Of a DNA stretch of 64,000 nt, positions 10,329 through 20,982 are shown in pieces. The stretch is from an uncultured delta proteobacterium (GTDB lineage: Bacteria > Myxococcota_A > Polyangia > Haliangiales > Haliangiaceae). A model generated the notes under the pieces. The model was not told the DNA's origin. It saw nothing but the letters and a program-made list of their open reading frames with translations, and made no database searches. Position 1 is the stretch's first letter, and each line of letters opens with the position of its first letter. Made by a program: the position numbers and the translations under genes. The DNA lies in contig CAWKDB010000010.1 in the NCBI GenBank assembly GCA_963848295.1, forward strand, positions 352,001 through 416,000, read 5' to 3'.

Positions 10329-10940
10329 CTACTTGCAGCTCGCGAACGTCTCGGTCGCACACGTGCAGCCGCTCGAGTCGCACGTGCAGTCCATGCCGTT
10401 GTAGACCGCATCGCAGTCGTTGCGCGCGAGGCACGCAGCCTCGGTCGTCAGCGTCGCGCACGCGGCCTGCGCGACCTCGGGCTGGCAGCTCTCGAACGAC
10501 GGCACGAAGTTCGGCGGCTGGTTGACCGGCCCGGTGTAGAGCGACGTGCAGTTGTCGTGCGCGACGCAGGTCGCTGCGTCGAGCCCGGTGCAGCTGCCTT
10601 CGACCGCACCGCTCGGCGGCGGATCCCAGCAACCCCAGAACACCGGCTTCGAGGCGCTGTCGTCTTGATACGCGGCGTGACAGCTCGGCGTCGCGAGGCA
10701 CGCGGTCTCTCCGAGCGATTCACACGTGCCATAGCACTGCGGCCAGTTCGGTGGCGGCTCGGTTGCGAGATCGTCACACGGGCCGCATGCCTGTTCGCAC
10801 GGCGAGCTGAACGATTCGCACTGGCCGGTGCTCGGATCGCGATACTCGAGCGCGATGCCGGGCGTCGCATAGTCACATGGCGGAGGCGTGGTGTCGGTGC
10901 AGCCGGCGAGCAACGTGATCAGCAAGGCGAGGCTCTTCAT
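10329..10940 (-). CDS. Cysteine-rich lipoprotein
   Basis: MKSLALLITLLAGC lipobox; three repeats of CxxLxxxxCxxxxxCxxxY. Confidence 0.8.
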   Translation of the reverse strand: MKSLALLITLLAGCTDTTPPPCDYATPGIALEYRDPSTGQCESFSSPCEQACGPCDDLATEPPPNWPQCYGTCESLGETACLATPSCHAAYQDDSASKPVFWGCWDPPPSGAVEGSCTGLDAATCVAHDNCTSLYTGPVNQPPNFVPSFESCQPEVAQAACATLTTEAACLARNDCDAVYNGMDCTCDSSGCTCATETFASCK

Positions 10941-11114
10941 AGGCAATGGTTAGTAAGCAAGGCTCAGACCAGCCCTAACCATCGACGATCGCCTCGCGCA
11001 TCGTCAGATTCCTGAGGCGCTCGCCGGCCGAAACCCAGGAACCCGAGGCGGTTGGAGCCCCCGGGTAGCACGCGCGTAACATCCGCCGCCCCCGTCTTTT
11101 GTTATGACTCCAAC

Positions 11115-12722
11115 GTGATTCGGCTCGCGATCGGAGCGCTGTGTGTCGCGGCCTGTGCTCGGCACTCGACCGCGACGCTCGACGCGGTGGGCGACGGCTC
11201 GGTCGATGCCGCTGCCGACGCTGGCTCCGGCGAGGTCTCGACGCTGACCGCGCAGACCGCACCGAACACCTCGGCAAGCCCGTTGTTCGCCGACGACTAT
11301 CGCAACTACAACGCGAGCGCTCAGACCGGCAACGGCAACGGCGACCTCGTCCCACGTGCGATCTCGACGGTGCCGCTGACGACGGTCGCGCGCCAGCTCT
11401 ACGTCGAGACCCAGACCTGGTTCTGCCATCTCGCGGCGAACGAAGCCGGCGCCCGGCTCGCTCCGAACGCGCGCTGCGGCTCGCACATCGACGTCGGCTA
11501 CAACGCGGACGATCCCGCGCACGTCCAGCGCGCGATCGCGGATCTGGAGGGCCGCGGCGTCGCCGGCATGATCATGGACTGGCCCGGCAAGGACTCGAGC
11601 CACGACGCCAACGCGGCGTTTTACCCGACCGCGACGAGCAGCGACGAGATCCACGCGCGCGCATCGAACGAGATCGGCACGAACGCGATCTACGCGGTGG
11701 CGGCGGCCGCAGATCCCACGACGTTCCACTTCGCGGTGATGGAAGACGAAGGCATCACGAACTGCCGCAACGGCTGGTCGGGTGGATGCGCGTGCTGGCC
11801 GGCCTACGGCGCGACGTGCAACGAGACGAGCCAGGTGATCAGCGACCTGTCCTACATCCGCGACCATTGGGCGCAATCGCCGGCTTATCTGCGCATCGCC
11901 GATCAGCCGGTCGTGTTGTTCTTCGCACCCGACTACAACGCGTGCCCCGACTCGACCAAGACGCCGTGTCAGACGATCGATTGGACCGCGGTCCATCAAC
12001 TCGTCGGCGATCAGCTGTGGATCTTCGAGGGCAAGGGTGGCTACGGCCACGTGTTCTCCGCCGGCGGCTTCAACTGGTTGTCGACGACGCTCTACCCCGG
12101 CTCGGACGCGTCGTCCGGCGACAACGAGGTCGAGGACTACGATGCGTTCGTCACCGCCACGGGCAACGTCGGCGCGAGCCAGCACGTCGTGGCCTCCGCG
12201 TTCAAAGGCTTCGACGACGCGGTCACCGACGGCTGGAACTACGGCGACGGCTCGCACACGCGCTACATCGATCAGCGCTGCGGCCAGACCTGGCTCGCGA
12301 CCCTGGCGCAGGTCGCCCGTGACTTCGCGCAAGGCGTCGAGGTCCTGCAGCTCGTGACCTGGGACGACTACGAAGAGGCCACCGAGCTCGAGACCGGCAT
12401 CGACGCGTGCGTCACCGCGATCGCGGCTCGGGTGTCGGCCGGCCAGCTCACGTGGTCGGTGACCTACGGCGAAGATCTCACCGGCGCGACGAGCGGGAGC
12501 GAGGCTACGATCGATCACTTCGCGATCTGGGCGTCGCCGGACGGCGAGCAGCTCGTCCGGGTCGGGCCCGACCTCGGGCGCGACGCGAACGGCGACCTGC
12601 CCCACGCGCTCGATCTCGGCCGCTATCGGCCACCGCCGGCTGCGACGATGCTGTTCGTGCAAGCGATCGGCAAGCCGTTCCTGACCAACGCGATGTCGCC
12701 GGCGATTCCGCTGACGCCGTGA
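11115..12722 (+). CDS. Lipoprotein with GH71/GH99-like glycoside hydrolase domain
   Basis: LCVAAC lipobox; HIDVGY..RGVAGMIMDW; QLVTWDDYEEATELE resembles the GH99 W-N-E-x-x-E catalytic segment; start chosen at GTG 11115. Confidence 0.65.
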   Translation: MIRLAIGALCVAACARHSTATLDAVGDGSVDAAADAGSGEVSTLTAQTAPNTSASPLFADDYRNYNASAQTGNGNGDLVPRAISTVPLTTVARQLYVETQTWFCHLAANEAGARLAPNARCGSHIDVGYNADDPAHVQRAIADLEGRGVAGMIMDWPGKDSSHDANAAFYPTATSSDEIHARASNEIGTNAIYAVAAAADPTTFHFAVMEDEGITNCRNGWSGGCACWPAYGATCNETSQVISDLSYIRDHWAQSPAYLRIADQPVVLFFAPDYNACPDSTKTPCQTIDWTAVHQLVGDQLWIFEGKGGYGHVFSAGGFNWLSTTLYPGSDASSGDNEVEDYDAFVTATGNVGASQHVVASAFKGFDDAVTDGWNYGDGSHTRYIDQRCGQTWLATLAQVARDFAQGVEVLQLVTWDDYEEATELETGIDACVTAIAARVSAGQLTWSVTYGEDLTGATSGSEATIDHFAIWASPDGEQLVRVGPDLGRDANGDLPHALDLGRYRPPPAATMLFVQAIGKPFLTNAMSPAIPLTP

Positions 12723-12767
12723 CACCCGCGCAATCGAGTCGCCACACGAACCGTGTAGCCTAGGCTC

Positions 12768-14048
12768 GTGGCCGAGCCTTCCCCACACCGCCTCACGCGG
12801 TGGCTATCGCGCGCTTCGCCCGGCTTGTTCGCCGCCTATGCCGTGGCGATGGCGTTCTCGACGTACTTCGCGATGTATGCGTTTCGCCGGCCGTTCGCCG
12901 CCGCTTACTACGAGGGGTCGACGTTCGCCGGAATCGATCTGAAGAGCGCGCTGATCATCAGCCAGCTCGTCGGTTATGCGCTGTCGAAGTTCATCGGGAT
13001 CAAGTTCAACTCGGAGATGCCGCCGCGCCGCCGCGCGTGGGCGCTCGTCGTGTTGATCCTGTGGGCCGAGCTCGCGCTGCTCGCGTTCGCCGTATTGCCT
13101 CCGAGCGGCAAGGTGTTCGCGCTGTTCGCGAATGGCATCCCGCTCGGCATGGTCTGGGGCATCGTCTTCAGCTTTCTCGAAGGCCGCCGGACCTCGGAGA
13201 TCCTCGGGGCCGGGCTCAGTTGTGCGTACGTCGTCGCGAGCGGTGCGGTCAAATCGGTCGGCCGGCTGCTGCTCGACACCGGGATCAGCGAGTCGTGGAT
13301 GCCGTCGGTGACCGGCGCGCTCGCGTTGCCGCTGTTTCTTGGCGCGGTCTACGGCCTGAGCAAGTTACCGCCGCCGAGCGCGGAAGACGTCGCGGCGCGG
13401 ACCGAGCGCGAGCCGATGAGTCGCGCCGAGCGCCGCGCCTTCGTGCGCGCCTACTTGCCCGGGTTGGTCACGCTCGTGCTCGCCTATTTCTTGCTCACGG
13501 GGTACCGCGATTTTCGCGACAACTTCGCCGCCGACATCTGGAAGGACCTCGGGCTCGGCGATCGCGCGAGCCTGTTCACGTTGACCGAGATCCCGATCGC
13601 GCTGTCGGTCATGCTCGTGCTCGCGCTGCTCTACCTCGTGAAGAACAACCGGCTCGGGCTGAAGCTGACCTACGTGATCATGGGGGCCGGCGCCGTGCTG
13701 ATCGGCCTGTCCACGCTGTTGTTCGACGCGGGCGCGATCGGGCCGGTCACCTGGATGACCGCGGTCGGGCTCGGTCTCTACCTCGGCTACGTCCCTTACG
13801 GCTGCGTCCTGTTCGACCGAACGATCGCGGGGCTCCGGATCGTGGCGACCGCGGTGTTCCTGATCTACTTCAGCGACGCGATCGCCTACGGCGGCTCGGT
13901 CGGGATCGTGCTGTACAAGACGCTCGGCCAGAGCGCGACGTCGAAGCTGCAGTTCTTCCGGTACCTGTCGTATGTGACGAGCGTCGTATCGATCGTGTGC
14001 CTGGCGACGAGCGGGCGTTACTTTCTCAAGCGAGTGCGTCCCGGGTAA
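12768..14048 (+). CDS. DUF5690 family MFS-like membrane protein
   Basis: YFAMYAFRRPF, GYALSKFIGIK, GIPLGMVWGIVFSFLEGRRTSE, RDFRDNF; multiple TM helices. Confidence 0.85.
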   Translation: MAEPSPHRLTRWLSRASPGLFAAYAVAMAFSTYFAMYAFRRPFAAAYYEGSTFAGIDLKSALIISQLVGYALSKFIGIKFNSEMPPRRRAWALVVLILWAELALLAFAVLPPSGKVFALFANGIPLGMVWGIVFSFLEGRRTSEILGAGLSCAYVVASGAVKSVGRLLLDTGISESWMPSVTGALALPLFLGAVYGLSKLPPPSAEDVAARTEREPMSRAERRAFVRAYLPGLVTLVLAYFLLTGYRDFRDNFAADIWKDLGLGDRASLFTLTEIPIALSVMLVLALLYLVKNNRLGLKLTYVIMGAGAVLIGLSTLLFDAGAIGPVTWMTAVGLGLYLGYVPYGCVLFDRTIAGLRIVATAVFLIYFSDAIAYGGSVGIVLYKTLGQSATSKLQFFRYLSYVTSVVSIVCLATSGRYFLKRVRPG

Positions 14049-14070
14049 CGCGAGTCGTGCTACTCACAGG

Positions 14071-15144
14071 TTGGTGACAGATTCGTCGCGGCCCGGTAGC
14101 AAAATCACAGCGAGAGTGATCTGGTTGGCGACCGCGAGCTTGGTCGTCGCATGCAGCGAGCAGGCACCGCCGTTGACCGATGCGACTTCGTTGCAGTGTC
14201 CATCTCCCGGGGACCTGCCGTTTCGCCTGATCTCCCACGGCTTCCAGAGCTCCGCGAACGAAGCGCTCGTCTCGACCGACACGCGGATCAAAGACGAGGC
14301 CTCGGACTCGTTCGGCAATGCCGACGGCGCGCAGGCCAACGTCTATCTCGTCGACAACCAGGCCCCGGACAACTCGCCGATCGATTATCACGGCGCGAAG
14401 GCGCGCACGATGCCGACGCAGGGCGTGTTCTCGTCGCCGTTGCCCGGCGAGAACGTGAGCCTGTGGTTCTACGACGCCGATCAGACGGCCTGGCAGACCG
14501 TCGGTCGCGGCCAGACCGGATCCGACGGCTACTACGATCTCCCCGACACCGGCTTCGTCGCGCCGAACGGCCAGCCGATCTATTCGATGCTCGAGGCGGA
14601 TGGCACGTGCGCCACTCACTACGACTACTTGATGCCGGGTGGATCGAAGTTCGTCGTCGTCGACATCGACGGCACGTTGACGACGAGCGACGCCGAGCTG
14701 ATCACGCAGGTCACCGACGAGACCTACGTGCCGATGATGATGACCGCGGCGAACACGATGGCGCAGGCGTGGGCGGCGAAGGGCTATCCGATCGTCTACC
14801 TGACCGCGCGCGAGCACGTGTTCGACACCGAGACCCGGATCTGGCTCGACATGATGCAGTTCCCGAAGGGCCCGGTCATCACGTCGAACGGCAGCGGCTC
14901 GACCGCGGACGTCTACAAGACGATGTGGCTCCAGCGCATGATCACGAGCTTCGGCTGGGTGCCGTACGCGGCGTATGGCAACGCGGCCACCGATATCACG
15001 GCCTATGCGAACGCGAGCATCCCGCTCGATCACACGTTCATCATCGGACCCGAAGGCGGCATGGGCGGCACCGTCGCGATCCCGAACGACGACTACACGC
15101 AGCACATCGCGACGTTCATCGCCGCGCAGCCCGACAACAACTGA
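14071..15144 (+). CDS. Lipoprotein with LNS2/HAD-family phosphatase domain
   Basis: VVVDIDGTLT (DxDGT), VYLTAR, AYGNAATDITAY; lipobox SLVVAC; alternative start GTG 14116. Confidence 0.8.
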   Translation: MVTDSSRPGSKITARVIWLATASLVVACSEQAPPLTDATSLQCPSPGDLPFRLISHGFQSSANEALVSTDTRIKDEASDSFGNADGAQANVYLVDNQAPDNSPIDYHGAKARTMPTQGVFSSPLPGENVSLWFYDADQTAWQTVGRGQTGSDGYYDLPDTGFVAPNGQPIYSMLEADGTCATHYDYLMPGGSKFVVVDIDGTLTTSDAELITQVTDETYVPMMMTAANTMAQAWAAKGYPIVYLTAREHVFDTETRIWLDMMQFPKGPVITSNGSGSTADVYKTMWLQRMITSFGWVPYAAYGNAATDITAYANASIPLDHTFIIGPEGGMGGTVAIPNDDYTQHIATFIAAQPDNN

Positions 15145-15162
15145 TCGAGCTCGAACGCCAGC

Positions 15163-15948
15163 TCAGGGCGTGCCGCACGGGCGCGAGTCGACGTCGTCGG
15201 CTTTGCCGTAATCGTTGCCATTCGAGCACACGAAGAAGTCGCGGCGACAATCGCCGCTGCTGCACATCTCGAAGCGCTCGTGGCACTCGTGACACAGCCG
15301 CTTCTCGTCGTCGACCTTCGCCTGCGCGGCGAGGTGCTCTTGCGCGACCTCGGTCTCGTGCGCTTCGCGACCTTGCTTGACCTCGAGCGCACGACGCGCG
15401 ACCCGCGCGCCACGGGTCTCGACCGACGAGCCGACGACCACGGCATATTCGAGCAGCTCGCCGTTGACCATCGCGCCCGATCGCGGCACCGAGCCGAACG
15501 TCAGCGTCGCGCCGCCGGTCTTGTCTGCACACACGTCGATGCTGCCGTCGCTGCCCGAGAACCGTCGTTGAAATCCGCCGAGGCTCGCGTCGGTGCCGTT
15601 GTCAAACGACACCCCGAAGCTGAGTGCGGCGTCGAACGACCACGCAACCCCGATGTGATAGCAGTGTCCCGCGGCCATATCGATGTGCCGTGTCGCCACG
15701 ACGCCTCGCTCGGCCACGCGCATCGGGGGGGCGAACGCGGCGGCGCCGGCGAGCTTCGCGAGATCGTGCGCGCGGCCCTCGGCCGCGGTCCACTGCGCTT
15801 CGGTCGCGGGTGCGTGACTGGGCCCCGAAGACGAGGTCGCGACTCCGGCACCCGGGGTGGAGAACATGGCCATCGGGCTACATGCGGCGAATGCGGCGAC
15901 AACGCTGCCCGCCGCAGCAACGAGAATCGAACGAGCGACGATTTTCAT
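15163..15948 (-). CDS. Hypothetical lipoprotein with C-terminal Cys cluster
   Basis: AFAAC lipobox; CHECHERFEMCSSGDC. Confidence 0.65.
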   Translation of the reverse strand: MKIVARSILVAAAGSVVAAFAACSPMAMFSTPGAGVATSSSGPSHAPATEAQWTAAEGRAHDLAKLAGAAAFAPPMRVAERGVVATRHIDMAAGHCYHIGVAWSFDAALSFGVSFDNGTDASLGGFQRRFSGSDGSIDVCADKTGGATLTFGSVPRSGAMVNGELLEYAVVVGSSVETRGARVARRALEVKQGREAHETEVAQEHLAAQAKVDDEKRLCHECHERFEMCSSGDCRRDFFVCSNGNDYGKADDVDSRPCGTP

Positions 15949-16043
15949 GCGCGTCCGGACGAGGCGCCGCGCCGAAAGTCTCATCGGTCACCGCACTGTT
16001 ACAATCGGTCCCCGAGAACCGCCGCCGTCAATCGAAGTTGTCG

Positions 16044-16116
<73 letters not shown>

Positions 16117-16228
16117 GGGGGACCGAGAGACTACACAGGCCGATTGCGGCTGGCAACCGCCAGGCGTGAATCACGCGCGGCGCTGATGGGCTCGACGGGG
16201 GCGCGGTGGCACAATGCTCGGTGGGACC

Positions 16229-18316
16229 ATGGCGGGCAACGATGCCACCGATCCGGCACCTCGGCAGACGCCGGTGCCGCTCGAAGGCGATGGCCGCGAG
16301 CTGATCGGGCTCGTCATCGACAATCGCTACAAGCTCGACTCGACCCTGGGTCGCGGCGGCATGGGGCTCGTGTTTCGCGCGACGCACGTCGGGTTGCGCC
16401 GGCAGGTCGCCGTCAAGATCCTGCACCCGTCGCTCGCCGCGTCGCCGGAGGTGCGCAATCGGTTCGAGCGCGAGGCGCTGTCGGTCGGCAAGATCGATCA
16501 TCCGAACTGCGTGTCGACCTACGATGTCGGCCGCCTGCCCGACGGCTCGCTGTATCTCGCGATGGAGCTGCTCGAGGGCCGCGCGTTGTCCGAGGTGCTC
16601 GAGGGCGAGCGCCAGCTCGCGCCGGGTCGCGCGTTGCACATTCTCCGTCACGTGTTGCGCGGGCTCGGCCATATCCATGCCGCGGGCCTGATCCATCGCG
16701 ACATGAAACCCGAGAACATCTTCCTGATCCGCCAGGGCGACGACTACGACTTCGCGAAGATCCTCGACTTCGGCATCGCGAAGCCGATCGACGGCGAGAT
16801 CGACGACGGCGTGCGGCTGACCCAAGCCGGAATGGCGTTCGGGACGCCGATCTACATGGCGCCCGAGCAAGCGCTCGGCAATCCGCTCGATGGCCGCGCC
16901 GATCTCTACGCGGCGTCGATCCTCGCGTACGAGATGTTGTGCGGTCAGCCGCCGTTCTACTCCGACGACAAGCTCGAAGTGATGGCGATGCACACCGGCA
17001 AGCCGGTGCCGCCGATGCGGTCGCGGCTGATCAAGGGCGGCAAGCCGGTGCCGTCGTCGCTCGAGAAGATGATCGCGAAAGGGCTCGCGAAGAAACCGTC
17101 GGATCGCTATCGCGAGGCGGCGGTGTATCTCGCGGCGGTCGAGAGCGCACTCGAGACGCCGGATGGCGGCGTCACCGAGGTCGAGTTCGAGCGCCCCGGC
17201 ACCGGCTCGCAACCGCTGGTGACCGAAGACGGCACGGTGCGGATCACCGGCAGTAGCGAAGTGACCGGCCAAGCGAGCGAGCACATCGGCCAAGCGATCG
17301 AGGATGCGCTCGAAGACGCGCTGGCGAGCGCACCGACGAAGGTCGCGTCGCCCTCGGGGCCCGCGCGGCTCGCCACGCTTGCGGGCCCGGGCGTGGCGCC
17401 GGATCTCGAGGCGCCCGAGGCGCCCGTGGTCGCGCAAGGCTCGGCACGTGGCCGACCGGCGGTCGGCGGCGTCGGCATCGGCCTGCCGTACACCGGCCCG
17501 AGCGGCGAGCCGATCTTCGGGTTGACGCCGGAGCAGCGACTCGCGAGCGCGAAGCCGCGCAAGCGCACCGGCCTCTATGTCGCGATCGGCGCCGCGGTTG
17601 TCGCGATCGCCGCCGGTATCGCGATCGCGATCGTGACGCGGCCGGCCCATCGCAGCAGTCGCTCGGCGCTCGCCGAGTCGGCGAGCGAAGCGCTCGACCG
17701 CGGCGATCCGGCTAAGGCGATCGCGCTGCTCGAGGCGCAGCCGGCCGCGATCGCGCAGGATCGCGACGCCGAGCTCGTGCTCGGTCACGCCCATGCCGCG
17801 CGGCACGAGAGTGCGCCGTCGCTCGCCGCCTATCGCCGGGCGCTCGAGCTCGATCCGCGGCTCGAGGCCGATCCGGCGCTGCGCTCGAACTTGCGCGCGA
17901 TGGCCGCGGATCGCGATCCCGATGTCGTCCGAAATGCGTTCGATCTATGGGTCGGCCATACCCAGGATCCGACCGCGAAGAAGGCGCTGCTCAACGCCGC
18001 GATCAGCGAGGATCTCGATCGCCGCCGCGCGGCTGCGCCGTTGATCGATCGGTACAAGCTCGGCGACTCGGTCGAATGGCTGACCGCGTATAGCTTCGAT
18101 CTCGAGCAAGACGCGACGTGCGAGCTCCGCCAGCAAGCGGTCGCTCGGTTGCGCGCCCTCGGCGATGCGCATGCGGTGCCGGCACTCCAGCGCGCGCTCG
18201 CTCGCCGCGGCAAGTTCGGGGCGTACAAGGGCAAGCCGATCAACACGTGCCTGGCCGAGGATGCGCGCGCGGCGATCGGTTATCTACGCGGCCTGGTCCC
18301 CGCCGGACACCCGTGA
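16229..18316 (+). CDS. Hanks-type Ser/Thr protein kinase with TM helix and TPR/HEAT-like C-terminus
   Basis: GRGGMG, VAVK, HRDMKPEN, DFG, GTPIYMAPE; TM at YVAIGAAVVAIAAGIAIAIV. Confidence 0.95.
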   Translation: MAGNDATDPAPRQTPVPLEGDGRELIGLVIDNRYKLDSTLGRGGMGLVFRATHVGLRRQVAVKILHPSLAASPEVRNRFEREALSVGKIDHPNCVSTYDVGRLPDGSLYLAMELLEGRALSEVLEGERQLAPGRALHILRHVLRGLGHIHAAGLIHRDMKPENIFLIRQGDDYDFAKILDFGIAKPIDGEIDDGVRLTQAGMAFGTPIYMAPEQALGNPLDGRADLYAASILAYEMLCGQPPFYSDDKLEVMAMHTGKPVPPMRSRLIKGGKPVPSSLEKMIAKGLAKKPSDRYREAAVYLAAVESALETPDGGVTEVEFERPGTGSQPLVTEDGTVRITGSSEVTGQASEHIGQAIEDALEDALASAPTKVASPSGPARLATLAGPGVAPDLEAPEAPVVAQGSARGRPAVGGVGIGLPYTGPSGEPIFGLTPEQRLASAKPRKRTGLYVAIGAAVVAIAAGIAIAIVTRPAHRSSRSALAESASEALDRGDPAKAIALLEAQPAAIAQDRDAELVLGHAHAARHESAPSLAAYRRALELDPRLEADPALRSNLRAMAADRDPDVVRNAFDLWVGHTQDPTAKKALLNAAISEDLDRRRAAAPLIDRYKLGDSVEWLTAYSFDLEQDATCELRQQAVARLRALGDAHAVPALQRALARRGKFGAYKGKPINTCLAEDARAAIGYLRGLVPAGHP

Positions 18317-18993
18317 CGTCCGAGCTCGAGCTCCCCGACCTCCCGCGGTGGGTCGAAGCGCATGGCGTCGCCGAAGATCGGGACGGCTGGCGCGAGCCGG
18401 TCGGCGGTGGGCTCGCGATCGGCCACGACGCGACGCGCGTGATCATCATCGTCGGCGAGGCCGAGGTCGATGCGACCGTGGCGCTGGTCGCCGCTCGGCC
18501 GAGCCACGCCGTCGTGTTCGGCGGCGAGCGCGGCGATCTCGTCGCGGCGTTCGAGGCGCGTGGTCGGTTCGTCGAGCGGGTCATCGTTCACACGCTCGCC
18601 GACGCCGATGCGCTGCCCGATCTCGACGGCGCCGCGTTACTCGGCGAGACCGCGGTGCCCGACGTTCCGCCCGCGCTCGCGGCCGAGCTCGCGTGGGCTC
18701 GCGCGCGCGGCCCGATCTGGGCGGTGTGGGTCGACGACGCGCCGCAGAGCTTCGCCTACGCGCTGTGGCGCAGCGCCGGTTGGTTCGACATCACGATCGA
18801 GACCCTGCCCGGCTATCGCCAGCTCGGGCTCGGCACGATCGCGGTGACCGCGATGATCCGCGCCGAACGCGCCGCCGGGCGCGAGCCGGTGTGGGCCGCC
18901 GACGAGCACAACGCCGCATCGCTCGCGCTAGCGCGCCGCCTCGGCTTCACGCCGAGCGACGAGGTCTGGGTCGCTGCAGGAGCGCAGGGCTGA
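18313..18993 (+). CDS. GNAT family acetyltransferase
   Basis: GTGA overlap with kinase stop; IETLPGYRQLGLG and NAASLALARRLGF motifs. Confidence 0.85.
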   Translation: MTSELELPDLPRWVEAHGVAEDRDGWREPVGGGLAIGHDATRVIIIVGEAEVDATVALVAARPSHAVVFGGERGDLVAAFEARGRFVERVIVHTLADADALPDLDGAALLGETAVPDVPPALAAELAWARARGPIWAVWVDDAPQSFAYALWRSAGWFDITIETLPGYRQLGLGTIAVTAMIRAERAAGREPVWAADEHNAASLALARRLGFTPSDEVWVAAGAQG

Positions 18994-19007
18994 GCCGCGC
19001 GGCCGCA

Positions 19008-19628
19008 GTGCTGGCGACGATCGCGCTCGCGACCCCCGCTCGCGCCGAGCCGTCCGATCGCGACGTCGTGCTCGCCGGGATCGCGATGGCGCCGCCGATG
19101 TACGTCCTCGGCGTGTCGTTGCACGAGGGCAGCCACGCGCTCGCCGCCGAGCTCGTGGGCGCGAAGGTCGACGAGCTCCACCTGTTCCCGCCCGGCCGCG
19201 ATCCCCACGTCGGTGCGTTTCGGTTTGGTTGGACCTATGTCCACGGACTGTCCACGCGGCGGGCCCAAGAATTGTTCTACCTCGCGCCGAAGATCACCGA
19301 TGTCGCGCTGCTCGGCGGGTTCGCCGCGCTCGTGTACTCCGGCGCCTGGCCGCACGACCGCTACGGCTCGGTCGCGCTGACCGTCGTCGGCACCGGGCTG
19401 TGGGTCGATTTCGCCAAGGACGTCGCGCTGTTCTCACCGAACAACGACGTCACGAAGGCTCTCGACCTATGGTGCATGAAGGGCTGGCGGCAGCTACCGG
19501 CGCGGCTGGTCTATGCCGCGGCTGCGGTCGGGCTCGGCTTCATCGTCGCCCATGCCTACCAGCGGACGTTCGAACGCGATCCCGCCCCCGCAAATCCTAC
19601 CGTCCCGGTGTTCGCGGCGAGCTTTTAG
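19008..19628 (+). CDS. Membrane protein, M50-like zinc peptidase
   Basis: LHEGSHALAA (HExxH), YLAP, several TM segments; start uncertain. Confidence 0.65.
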   Translation: MLATIALATPARAEPSDRDVVLAGIAMAPPMYVLGVSLHEGSHALAAELVGAKVDELHLFPPGRDPHVGAFRFGWTYVHGLSTRRAQELFYLAPKITDVALLGGFAALVYSGAWPHDRYGSVALTVVGTGLWVDFAKDVALFSPNNDVTKALDLWCMKGWRQLPARLVYAAAAVGLGFIVAHAYQRTFERDPAPANPTVPVFAASF

Positions 19629-19668
19629 TGCGTTGCAGTCGCTCGCCTGGCTATGCGATGGTCCGCCG

Positions 19669-20052
19669 ATGAAGACCATCGCGACCATCGTCCTGTCCCT
19701 GACGCTCGCCTTCGCGGCGTCTCCCGCCCGAGCCGGCGACGCCAAGGACGTCGAACCGGCCTCGGTAAAGAAGTTCCTCGCGTTCTTCGACAAGCTCGCC
19801 GACACGATCGTGGCCGACAAGGACAGCTGCCCGAGGATGGCCAAGGACGTCAACTCACTCGTCGACGCGAACCAAGATCTGCTCAAGATCGCGGCTCAGG
19901 CCGACAAGGACGGCAAGAAGATGCCGGACGAAGCGCAGAAGCACATGAAGGACACGCTGAACAAGATGCTCCCCGCGATGATGAAGTGCAAAGACGACAA
20001 AGAAGTGATGTCGGCGTTTAAGCGGCTCGATGTGAAGCACACCGCGAAGTAG
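19669..20052 (+). CDS. Small secreted helical protein
   Basis: Signal peptide MKTIATIVLSLTLAFAASPARA; Lys/Met-rich, two Cys. Confidence 0.8.
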   Translation: MKTIATIVLSLTLAFAASPARAGDAKDVEPASVKKFLAFFDKLADTIVADKDSCPRMAKDVNSLVDANQDLLKIAAQADKDGKKMPDEAQKHMKDTLNKMLPAMMKCKDDKEVMSAFKRLDVKHTAK

Positions 20053-20982
20053 CTATTGCTTCGCCGCGTGCTTGTCGGCGCGGCGCTGCCCGAACAGCAT
20101 CTGCTTCTCGAGATGCGCGCGCAGCGCGGCGTAGAACTCTTTGAGGAAGCGCTCGTCGTCGCGCACGACCTCGGCGTAGTCGAGCTTGGCGCGGATCTTC
20201 TCGGACACCGTGCGGACCGCTTCCCAGTAGCCGAGGTCGCTGGCGTTCTGGCGCAGCACGCCCTCGAGCACTTGCAGCTCGAAGACGCCGTAGATCGCGA
20301 GCTGCGCGTCGCTGAACGCGAACGCCGGCCCGCGCGGCGCGACCGGCCCGATCTCGGGCGCCTCCGAGCCACCCGTCAAGTCGGGGAGCAGCACGACCTT
20401 GGGTTGGACCACGACGCGCGTGCCGGCGATCAGATCGCCGATCCGCAGCCTGTCCTTGTTGAACAGCGGCATCAGCAAGAACACGAACATCCACGCGACC
20501 GCGACGAGCATCGCCCAGCGCGGTGCATCGGGCCACAGCAGATGGCTGACGAGCAAGAAGCGCAGCGGCGTCCAGATCTCGAGCTCGCGGATCAAGTTGC
20601 GCGCGAGCACCGACGACGCCTCGAGTTGGCCGCCGCGCGCATCGATGACGCGGATGCCGATCCGGCGCTTGCCGGGGGTCTGGCCCTGCCAGCGAAGCTC
20701 GAAGAACGCGAAGTAGAAGTTGACGACGAGAAACGACACGATCGTGACCACCGCGCGCAGCCAGCTCGCACCGCGGCCCGCCGCGGTCGATAACGCGATC
20801 GCGATCGCGGCGACGACCACGAGCTGGAGGATCGCGTCGAGCACGAACGCGGCGGCGCGATCGCCCGCGCCCGCGAGCTTGAACCGCAATGCGATCCCCT
20901 CGGGCGTGACCAGCTCGCGCACGAGCTTGTCGCTCGCGAGGTCGCGCAGGCCCGGCACGAGCGGATCGTCCACGCCGGTCAC
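20053..20982 (-). CDS. RDD family protein
   Basis: TPEG..LAGAGDRAAAFVLD, GQTPGKR, RIGDLIAGTRVV; GTGA overlap with SpoIIM stop. Confidence 0.9.
   Translation of the reverse strand: MTGVDDPLVPGLRDLASDKLVRELVTPEGIALRFKLAGAGDRAAAFVLDAILQLVVVAAIAIALSTAAGRGASWLRAVVTIVSFLVVNFYFAFFELRWQGQTPGKRRIGIRVIDARGGQLEASSVLARNLIRELEIWTPLRFLLVSHLLWPDAPRWAMLVAVAWMFVFLLMPLFNKDRLRIGDLIAGTRVVVQPKVVLLPDLTGGSEAPEIGPVAPRGPAFAFSDAQLAIYGVFELQVLEGVLRQNASDLGYWEAVRTVSEKIRAKLDYAEVVRDDERFLKEFYAALRAHLEKQMLFGQRRADKHAAKQ

Noticed and set aside
10329..10940. Cys-rich ORF as precursor for the radical SAM enzyme
   Set aside because: It has a lipoprotein signal and disulfide-type repeats, is 4.7 kb away on the opposite strand, and lacks a RiPP leader
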